Shown piece after piece: positions 49,791-57,617 of a stretch of DNA of 64,000 nucleotides. The stretch is from contig JAUVNS010000004.1 of assembly GCA_030599585.1 (NCBI GenBank), forward strand, positions 128,001 through 192,000, given 5' to 3'. The translations under genes and the position numbers were made by a program. This stretch comes from Promethearchaeota archaeon (GTDB lineage Archaea > Asgardarchaeota > Lokiarchaeia > Sigyniarchaeales > SOKP01). Each line of letters begins with the position of its first letter. Positions within the stretch are counted from its first letter, which is position 1. A model generated the notes under the pieces. That model was not told where the DNA came from. It worked only from the letters and a program-made list of their open reading frames with translations, and searched no databases.

Positions 49791-50633
49791 TTAAGTTTTA
49801 GGTTCTTCTTTAGGTTCTTCTTTAGGTTCTTCTTTAGGTTCTTCTTTAGGTTCTTCTTTAGGTTCTTCTTTAGGTTCTTCTTTAGGTTCTTCTTTAGGTT
49901 CTTCCTTTATAAGATTCAAGAATTGCTCTATTTCGTCTTTTGAGCACATGTGGAATTTCTTATCTTCAGATTTTATGTAAGCTAACCGTGTGTTTTCTTT
50001 GGTTGGGGTCTCATTAATGGACTCTTTAAGCGTTTTCAAAGTAAATGTTACTGTCTCATCAAATGTCATGTTCTCTTTGTAATTTTCTTTCAAGTAATCT
50101 CTCGCTGTAGCTTCTCCTCTACCCAACGCGTAAGCTTTAAACGATCGATAAATTCCGCTTGGAGATGTTGTGTAAATTTGAGGTCCTGAGGGATCAATGG
50201 CAATAAAGAACAGAGCACATCCAAAAGGTCTAATACCTCCAAACTGGGTGTATTGCTGCTTAATATCTGCTAAGGTTTTAACCAGCATATTTAATCTGAC
50301 CGGTTCATCGTAAGTTAAACGGAAAGATTGGGCTTGAACTCGCGCTAAATTAATTAAAGTTCTTGAGTCTGCGTGCAATCCAGAAATAGCTACACCAACA
50401 TGTTCATCCACCTGAAACAATTTATCAATTGAGTCTGCATCAATTAACTTCGAAGGGATTTTAATTTGAGCAGCTAAGCAAACTGAATCTTTTGATTTTG
50501 CTGCTACTGCTAAAGTACCCCGTCTTACAGCTTCTAAGGCATATTCTACTTGAAATAAACGCCCCTCAGGGCTGAAAACCGTTAAAGCTCGATCGTAAGT
50601 GCGACCTCCTCCACCAAACATAATTTTAGCCAA
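49791..50633 (-). CDS. psmA: 20S proteasome alpha subunit with (KEEP)9 C-terminal tail; ATG at 50621 is an alternative start
   Basis: YDRALTVFSPEGRLFQVEYA, SGLHADSR, YTQFGGIRPFG, SPSGIY. Confidence 0.96.
   Translation of the reverse strand: MAKIMFGGGGRTYDRALTVFSPEGRLFQVEYALEAVRRGTLAVAAKSKDSVCLAAQIKIPSKLIDADSIDKLFQVDEHVGVAISGLHADSRTLINLARVQAQSFRLTYDEPVRLNMLVKTLADIKQQYTQFGGIRPFGCALFFIAIDPSGPQIYTTSPSGIYRSFKAYALGRGEATARDYLKENYKENMTFDETVTFTLKTLKESINETPTKENTRLAYIKSEDKKFHMCSKDEIEQFLNLIKEEPKEEPKEEPKEEPKEEPKEEPKEEPKEEPKEEPKT
49797..49907. repeat. 12-bp coding tandem repeat (AGGTTCTTCTTT)x9
   Basis: Eight identical units plus one with a single synonymous change; encodes KEEP x9. Confidence 0.97.
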
Positions 50634-50701
50634 ATATTATTTGATATTTGTATTTAAAAAATTAAATAAACAATTTTAATTTATTGTTTATACCTTAAAA
50701 A

Positions 50702-51373
50702 TTAAATTTTTCCGGAAGCTTTAAGGATTTCAAGCGTCAACATCTCAAAAATTTCGCCTACGGAATTGCCTTCTTTAGCACTTGTTTCGAAATATTTCAT
50801 AGCATGCATTTCATATTTTACAGCTTCTCCATCCTGTTCTGCTACTTCTCGTTGACCTTGTTGTGCTAAATCAAGCTTATTACCAACGACTAAACACGGT
50901 TTCTGTCCAATAACTTTTTCAACTTCTTCTCGCCATTCTAGTAAATCTGCGAACGAAGAACGTCTAGTTAGATCAAACACATAAATTATACCCGTTGCTC
51001 CCCTATAAAATGGTGGTCTAACAAAGGAAAAATGCTTTTGACCAGCAAGATCCCACAACTGCAGTTTAACTTGTAATTCAGGGTGGTTAGGTAATTCCAC
51101 AGTTTTTGTGCTGAAATTCGACCCTATTGTCATTAAATAACTTTCTTTAAAGGAGTTTTCGCAATATCTGAGGACCATAGATGTCTTGCCTACACCTCCA
51201 TTTCCTACAACACAGATTTTATATATAAACGATTTCGCGTAAATTTGCCTCTGGATAGCTGGACTCGGGCGATCTGGTTTTTGGTAATATGATTTCGGGC
51301 GATCTGGTTTCGGGTAATATGATTTCGGGCGATCTGGTTTCGGGTAATTTGATTTTGGATAATCTGACGACAT
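50702..51373 (-). CDS. Rab-like small GTPase (eukaryotic signature protein) with N-terminal Pro/Tyr repeat extension
   Basis: G1 GNGGVGKT, G2 TIGSNF, KLQLWDLAGQ, FYRGA, GNKLDL, ETSAK; no C-terminal CAAX/CC. Confidence 0.93.
   Translation of the reverse strand: MSSDYPKSNYPKPDRPKSYYPKPDRPKSYYQKPDRPSPAIQRQIYAKSFIYKICVVGNGGVGKTSMVLRYCENSFKESYLMTIGSNFSTKTVELPNHPELQVKLQLWDLAGQKHFSFVRPPFYRGATGIIYVFDLTRRSSFADLLEWREEVEKVIGQKPCLVVGNKLDLAQQGQREVAEQDGEAVKYEMHAMKYFETSAKEGNSVGEIFEMLTLEILKASGKI
51265..51362. repeat. 30-bp coding tandem repeat, about 3 copies
   Basis: Unit GATTTCGGGCGATCTGGTTTCGGGTAATAT encoding PKSYYPKPDR on the minus strand. Confidence 0.93.
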
Positions 51374-51580
51374 AGTGCTTCAATTATTTGGATTTAAAAA
51401 GCAAACTAAAATATAATTATATAATTACAACTAACTGAATTATAAAATTATTCATATTAAATATTATTTCTTTTACAATTAGTTATAATAATATATTATA
51501 TTCAAATAATAAAAATAATCATATTAAATATTTTAGCTATTTTCATTGTGATTTTGAAATAAATTAGGAGAATTTACAAC

Positions 51581-52360
51581 ATGAACGAGTTGAATACTAA
51601 AATTAAAAATTTTGCTAAATTAATCTTAGATGCTCAAAACATTGTAGCCTTAACTGGGGCAGGCATGGGGACTGAGAGCGGAATTGCTGATTTTAGAAGT
51701 CCGGGTACGGGTTTATGGGAAAAAGTTAATCCCGACGAGTTTGCTAGCATTCATTCTTATGTATCAGACCCTAAGAAAAACTTGAACTTTATGCTCGAAT
51801 TGGGTATGGCCATATTCAAAGCTAAACCTAATAAAGGTCATAAAGCAATGACTAAATTACAAAAGCTCGATAAATTAGATGGAATTCTCACTCAAAATAT
51901 TGATGGTTTGCATCAAAAAGCACACAGCAAGAATGTTGTAGAGCTACATGGAACTGCATATGAAGCGATATGTATGAGTTGTGGTAACATTTACCCAATT
52001 ACAATTATGATCGATCAGGTTAGAAACGGAAAATTTAGTCCATCATGTAAAACATGCGCCGGTTTATTAAAACCAAATGCCATCTTCTTCGGAGAACCTT
52101 TACGTTCAGAAACTCTAAGCCAAGCAGACAGATTAATAGAAGAATGCGATTTGCTGATTGTATTAGGTAGTTCATTGTTAGTATATCCAGTCGCGTTTTA
52201 TCCTAGAAAAGCACTTTCTTTAGGTGCGAAATTAGCGATTATTAACATTCAAGAAACTGATATAGATGCTTCAGCGGATGTGGTGATTCACGATAAGATT
52301 GGAGATGTTTTCCCTCTTATCGTTAATATTGTAAAAAATGAAATTGAAGAAGGATATTAA
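51581..52360 (+). CDS. cobB: Sir2/CobB NAD-dependent protein deacylase
   Basis: TGAGMGTESGIADFR, TQNIDGLHQ, ELHG, CMSC/CKTC, FFGE, GSSLLVYP, IIN. Confidence 0.95.
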   Translation: MNELNTKIKNFAKLILDAQNIVALTGAGMGTESGIADFRSPGTGLWEKVNPDEFASIHSYVSDPKKNLNFMLELGMAIFKAKPNKGHKAMTKLQKLDKLDGILTQNIDGLHQKAHSKNVVELHGTAYEAICMSCGNIYPITIMIDQVRNGKFSPSCKTCAGLLKPNAIFFGEPLRSETLSQADRLIEECDLLIVLGSSLLVYPVAFYPRKALSLGAKLAIINIQETDIDASADVVIHDKIGDVFPLIVNIVKNEIEEGY

Positions 52361-52456
52361 TTGTATATAATTCTACTTTTATCTCTTCAAGAATAATATA
52401 AAAAAGGAATAATAAATAAAAAAAAATTAGTTATTAAGCTCTGGGTATAATCCAGA

Positions 52457-54163
52457 TTATTTTCTCAGGCTTTTCTTATCAACTTTACCTACAGCAGTAA
52501 GAGGTAATTCTTCTGTTATTTCGATCAACTTGGGAACTTCATACGGAGAACAGTTCTCTTTAGCAAAAGCAGTAATATCTTTTTTTAAAGCTTCCTCATT
52601 TCCATCGTAATCATAGTCAGCATCTAATTGTATAACTGCTTTAACGATTTCAGAACCAGGTCTTTCAGGGTTATCAACGCCTATGGTAGCAACCATTCCG
52701 ATAGCTGGATGTTTAACTAAAGTATCTTCTAATTTTGCGGAAAATACCTTAAATCCTCCAACGATTATCATATCTTTCGTTCTATCGACGATCTTAACGT
52801 ATCCCTCTTCGTCCATTACTCCTACATCTCCAGTGTGCATAAAACCATCCTTATCTATTGCTTTTTTAGTTTCTTCGGGTTTATTGAAGTATCCTTTCAT
52901 AACTTGTGGGCCTTTTACGCAAATCTCACCAGCTTCTCCTAATGGCACGTCCTTACCTGTATTAGGATCTACTAACTTAAATTCCATGTTGTTAAGTGGT
53001 AAACCGATACTACCAAGTTTTTTAACCCCTATAGATGGATTGCTTGCTGTAAGCGGAGAGGTTTCAGTCATTCCATACGCTTCGATTAATTTACCTTTAC
53101 CTACAATAGCTTCGAATTCTCTTTGAGATTCCGCGGGAAAAGGCGCAGCGGCAGAAACGGCGAATAATAGTTTCGAATGGTCCAGTTCTTTAAATTTTGG
53201 ATTTTTCATCAAAATCTGGTAAAGAGAAGGGACATTTGCTAAAACTGAAGGTTCATACTTGGCCATTTCTTTAATAATGTGGTCTGAATCTCTTGGATTT
53301 GGTATTAAAACTTGGGTCCAGCCCAGAAAAATTACGTTTAAAGTCGTAAACGTTCCTGCGATGTGGAAGAATGGAAATCCTGAAAGAGCAACTCCTTTCC
53401 CTGCTTCCCAATTAAGCCATTTCTGAAATATAACAATATCAGAAACTATGTTTTTATGGGTTAGCATTGCTCCTTTTGGAGGTCCTGTGGTTCCACCAGT
53501 ATATTGAATGAATGCCAAATCACCTGGTTTTGTAGTTGTTTTTGGCAACTCTTTAGAATAGGTAGCAATAAGATCCTTATGAAAGTCCATTATTGTAACC
53601 CCTTCTAAAGGAGTAACCTTTCCTTTTGGAATTTTACCAATTAATTTTCCTAACACCTGCTTTATTTTTGGAAGGTAACCTCCTACGCTAGTAGTTATTA
53701 CTAATTTCAACTGCGGTATTTTTGAAGCGATTTTTGTTAATCTACCCGCAAAAATTGCATCTAAAGTCATTAGTGCGACTTTGTTCCCTCCAGTTCCTAA
53801 ATCGTTTAGTTGATATTGCATTTGAATATCTGAAAGTAGAGGTGAGACACCTGAAACAATGCAGCCTGCTTTTAGAGTACCAATAATTCCCATTAAATAT
53901 TCTGGCATATTTGGTAAATTTATACCTACGACATCACCAGTTTTAAACCCGTTTTCAATTAACATGTTGGCAAATTGATTTGAAGCCTCATCTAATTCTT
54001 TGTATGTAAAAGTTACTCCTAAATAATCAAAAGCCATTTTCTCCGGAAATTCCTTCATGGTTTGTCGAATAGCTTGGGGATAGGTCATATCAAACTCCTT
54101 AGGGTCCAGATCTTTGACGTGACTATCCCAAGATTTCGTCCATATTTTATCTTTATACGACAT
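52457..54163 (-). CDS. fadD: Long-chain fatty acid-CoA ligase (paralog 1)
   Basis: QYTGGTTGPPKGA, YGMTE, HTGDVG, IVDRTKDMI, LPLTAVGKVDK. Confidence 0.9.
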   Translation of the reverse strand: MSYKDKIWTKSWDSHVKDLDPKEFDMTYPQAIRQTMKEFPEKMAFDYLGVTFTYKELDEASNQFANMLIENGFKTGDVVGINLPNMPEYLMGIIGTLKAGCIVSGVSPLLSDIQMQYQLNDLGTGGNKVALMTLDAIFAGRLTKIASKIPQLKLVITTSVGGYLPKIKQVLGKLIGKIPKGKVTPLEGVTIMDFHKDLIATYSKELPKTTTKPGDLAFIQYTGGTTGPPKGAMLTHKNIVSDIVIFQKWLNWEAGKGVALSGFPFFHIAGTFTTLNVIFLGWTQVLIPNPRDSDHIIKEMAKYEPSVLANVPSLYQILMKNPKFKELDHSKLLFAVSAAAPFPAESQREFEAIVGKGKLIEAYGMTETSPLTASNPSIGVKKLGSIGLPLNNMEFKLVDPNTGKDVPLGEAGEICVKGPQVMKGYFNKPEETKKAIDKDGFMHTGDVGVMDEEGYVKIVDRTKDMIIVGGFKVFSAKLEDTLVKHPAIGMVATIGVDNPERPGSEIVKAVIQLDADYDYDGNEEALKKDITAFAKENCSPYEVPKLIEITEELPLTAVGKVDKKSLRK

Positions 54164-54371
54164 TTTTTACATCGATTTCTTTTTATTTGAATTGTATATT
54201 AGAAAAAAGTGTTAAAAAATAGGAATGATTCTTTTCGATATAAAGTTTTAAGTTACGCTTTGAGTTTACAAGAATATTAGGGAATAAGATTTTGGAAGAT
54301 AAAAAAAATCTATAAATAGGAGAATGGGTATTCAAAATATAAAAAACAGAAAATAAAAAAAAATTTGAATT

Positions 54372-56087
54372 TTAACTCTTTCTTAAAGATTTCTTATCGA
54401 TTTTTCCTATAACCGTAAGTGGGAGTTCTTCAGCAATTTCAATAATTTTGGGAACTTCATATGGTGCACAATTCTCTTTCGCAAATTTGATAATATCCTC
54501 CCTAAGTGCTTCCTCGTTTCCATCGTATTCAAAATCAGGATTTAATTGGATGTGTGCCTTGACAATTTCCGAACCCGGTCTATCAGGGTTAGGCAATCCA
54601 ATTAAGGCAATCATTCCAATTGCAGGATGCTTAGCTAATACATCTTCTATTTTTGCTGAGAATACTTTAAATCCTCCAACAATGATCATATCTTTTGTAC
54701 GATCGACAATTCGGATATAACCATCTTCGTCCATTATTCCTACATCGCCGCTGTGCATATACCCGTCTGAATCTATTGCTTTTTTGGTTTCTTCAGGTTT
54801 ATTGTAATAACCCTGCATGACAAGTGGTCCTTTTACGCAAATTTCACCAGGTTCCCCTAATGGAACTTCCTTACCGGTTTCAGGATCGACAAGCTTTAAT
54901 TCAACATTTAAGAAAGGCATTCCTACAGTACCCAATTTTTTCTTCCCTATCGAGGGATTCATACTCGCGACGGGACTTAGCTCAGTCATACCGTAAAGTT
55001 CTAATAATTTTCCTTCACCTACTATGCTTTCCAATGCTTCTTGAGATTCTTTTGGAAATGGAGCTGCTGCAGAGATGCACGATACTAAATTAGAATGATC
55101 TAACCTTTTGAACTTTCGAAAATTAATCAGAATCTGGTATAAAGAAGGCACATTCACCATAACTGTTGGTTTATATTTTTTCATCTCGTTACAAATACCT
55201 AAAGCATCTCTTGGGTTAGCTATAAGTATTTGGCCCCAACCAAATAATAGAGCGCTTTCGCTCACAGTTAAACCGGCTATATGAAACATTGGAAACCCTG
55301 AACATAACATCCCTTTAGCTTCTTCCCATTGAAGCCAAGCTTTGTTACTTAACATATTTGAAGCACAGTTTCTATGACTCAACATTGCACCTTTAGGAGG
55401 ACCTGTTGTACCGCCAGTATATTGAATCCAACCAATATCGTCCGGAGATATATCAACTTTAGGCAGATCAGTAGGATATTTTGCCAAAACATCATCTTGA
55501 TAATGAAGGACGGTTTTTCCCTCTAATGGTGTGATTTCACCCGAGGGGATTTCCCTAACGGCTTTAATTTTTGCTTGATCCTCTTTTGAAAACGATCCTA
55601 TTACTGACGTTCCTATTACAAGCTTAAGCTGAGGTAATTTATCAGCAATTTTCTTCAACCTATGTTCAAAAATTGCATCAAGAGTGACTAACGCAACATT
55701 CTTTCCTCCCGCTCCAAGGTCTTCTATCTGATAGTGCATTTGGACATCAGACATTAGAGGGCTAACACCAGAAACAATACAACCTGCTTTAAGCGTACCA
55801 ACAACGGAGTACATGTATTCTGGAGTATTTGGTAAATTAATTCCCACTACGTCGCCTTTTTTAAATCCATTATCAATCAACATGTTAGCAAATTGATTGG
55901 AATACTGATCCACTTCTCTAAAAGTAATTTCTAAACCCTGAAAAGCAAGTGCCATATTATCAGGATATTTTTCGAATATAGGTCTTAACATTTCGGGATA
56001 TGTAGTTTCAAACTCTTTCGGATCGAGATCTGTGAGACCTGGGTCCCAATTCTTTCGCCAAAATCTACTTTCGTACGGACTCGACAT
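54372..56087 (-). CDS. fadD: Long-chain fatty acid-CoA ligase (paralog 2, tandem duplicate)
   Basis: Same ANL motifs, colinear with paralog 1; both preceded by an AAAACTTTATA BRE/TATA-like element (about 54240 and 56160). Confidence 0.9.
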   Translation of the reverse strand: MSSPYESRFWRKNWDPGLTDLDPKEFETTYPEMLRPIFEKYPDNMALAFQGLEITFREVDQYSNQFANMLIDNGFKKGDVVGINLPNTPEYMYSVVGTLKAGCIVSGVSPLMSDVQMHYQIEDLGAGGKNVALVTLDAIFEHRLKKIADKLPQLKLVIGTSVIGSFSKEDQAKIKAVREIPSGEITPLEGKTVLHYQDDVLAKYPTDLPKVDISPDDIGWIQYTGGTTGPPKGAMLSHRNCASNMLSNKAWLQWEEAKGMLCSGFPMFHIAGLTVSESALLFGWGQILIANPRDALGICNEMKKYKPTVMVNVPSLYQILINFRKFKRLDHSNLVSCISAAAPFPKESQEALESIVGEGKLLELYGMTELSPVASMNPSIGKKKLGTVGMPFLNVELKLVDPETGKEVPLGEPGEICVKGPLVMQGYYNKPEETKKAIDSDGYMHSGDVGIMDEDGYIRIVDRTKDMIIVGGFKVFSAKIEDVLAKHPAIGMIALIGLPNPDRPGSEIVKAHIQLNPDFEYDGNEEALREDIIKFAKENCAPYEVPKIIEIAEELPLTVIGKIDKKSLRKS

Positions 56088-56445
56088 TTTTTATATTCAC
56101 ATTTTTTCCGTTTTTGATTAAATAAAATTTGTTAATAATTAATACTGACGATATTGGTTATAAAGTTTTGAATTTTAGATCATTTATTAAAAATTTTTGT
56201 TTGAAAAAGTAGAACTTCGATAATTTTAAATTCTACTAAAATACCGTAATGATTTTTGTCGGCCCATTAAAAGCTCGAAATTACAAACCTTATTTCATTT
56301 TTACTTCTACTTTCCTCCCTCGGTCTCTATGGAATGGTAATATTTTTAAAGGGAATTACCCTTCTAGCTTGAGTAATATTCTTACGAAATTTATATGTGC
56401 TTCCAGCAAATTTTAGAAAATTGTCGGAGTTACACGATTTTAGTT

Positions 56446-56459
56446 TGAAGTATACTTCA
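56446..56459. promoter_or_regulatory. Perfect 14-bp palindrome TGAAGTATACTTCA immediately upstream of the PolB2 operon
   Basis: Self-complementary; ends 8 nt before the ATG at 56468. Confidence 0.5.
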
Positions 56460-56467
56460 CTTAGATA

Positions 56468-57223
56468 ATGTCTTTCAGATCGGGGTTAAAAGTGTATCGG
56501 AAAAACAAGAGCGTTCCTTTAGTTTCGAGCGGTGATTCAACACTGGACGAGTTATTGGGCGGAGGTGGTTTTCATAAAGACTTGGTTTATCTTCTTTATG
56601 GAGATAAAAAAAAAACTTCGAACATTTTATTGACCACTTCTGTTATTGCTCAGAAATCTTTCGCTAATGGCGGTCTTGGAGAGAAAATTAAGGTTGCGTA
56701 TATCGACGCAAATAATTGCTTCAATCCATATAGCGCAAGTAAATTTGCTGTTTCCCAAAATTTATCACCTCGAAAAGTGTTAGAAAACATTGTTATTGCT
56801 CGTGCGTTTACTTGGGATCAAATGGTAGAGCTTCTAGAGAATAAACTCTCCAAGCTTGAAGACACAAAAGTTGTTTTAATTTCTGGTATTACTACATTGT
56901 TTCAGAGTTACGAAAAGCAGACATATGAGGATTTACTAAGAGCGATTAATGGAATTAAAACGATTCTCTCTAAAACAAGACCATTAATCATTTTAACTGC
57001 GCCCTTACACGAATTTTCTCTTTATAGGCCTAATGGCGGGAAAATACTCTCCCACTTCGGAAGTGTATTAGTAATGATAAACGAAGATGAGCGGTATACA
57101 GAATATGTTCTTGTTCAACACCCTTACTTGCCGGAAAATGGCCTTCGAAAGTGGAAGCCGCGCCTTCCTAAAAGAAATTTGGCAAATACTACGAAAAACA
57201 TGACTTTAGATTGCTGGTTTTAG
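56468..57223 (+). CDS. Inactivated RadA/Rad51-like ATPase (PolB2-associated, ImuA-analogous)
   Basis: SSGDSTLDELLGGGG, degenerate P-loop YGDKKKTS, VAYIDANNCFNP, LENIVIARAFT; PIP-like tail NMTLDCWF. Confidence 0.85.
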   Translation: MSFRSGLKVYRKNKSVPLVSSGDSTLDELLGGGGFHKDLVYLLYGDKKKTSNILLTTSVIAQKSFANGGLGEKIKVAYIDANNCFNPYSASKFAVSQNLSPRKVLENIVIARAFTWDQMVELLENKLSKLEDTKVVLISGITTLFQSYEKQTYEDLLRAINGIKTILSKTRPLIILTAPLHEFSLYRPNGGKILSHFGSVLVMINEDERYTEYVLVQHPYLPENGLRKWKPRLPKRNLANTTKNMTLDCWF

Positions 57224-57335
57224 TTAATTAGAAACGATTATTGAGTTAAACAAAAAAAATTAGTAAATTTCAAAGGTACTTTTCTTTAAATTTCCTTAAA
57301 AACTTACTAACGAGATACTTGAAATAATACCGAAC

Positions 57336-57617
57336 GTGTATAATATGGGAAGAACAGTACCTGCTTTTAGACCTGCTTTAGAGCATGAAATAGAGAGTTG
57401 GAAAGACTTCAAAAGAGCACTTAGGCCAGAGGATCGAACAATTTTTAATAAATTGATGAATTACGCGAGAATCCATGCTGATGCTGGTAGCTTAGGAGCT
57501 CGCCCAATGCTCTCCGAAATTCTTTTTATTTCGTTTGCAATTGAACAAGAAAGGAAGATTGGGCGATTGGAGAAGAAAATCGAAGAATTTCAGGAATTAA
57601 TAAAAGGAAAAGAATGA
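57336..57617 (+). CDS. Small helical PolB2-associated protein (arCOG07300-like); likely start ATG at 57345
   Basis: MGRTVPAFR...W.DFKRALRPEDR.IFNKLMNYAR.HADA signature; ATGA overlap with the polymerase gene. Confidence 0.8.
   Translation: MYNMGRTVPAFRPALEHEIESWKDFKRALRPEDRTIFNKLMNYARIHADAGSLGARPMLSEILFISFAIEQERKIGRLEKKIEEFQELIKGKE

Noticed and set aside
49797-51362. Short repeats as CRISPR arrays
   Set aside because: Head-to-tail in-frame coding repeats with no spacers and no cas genes
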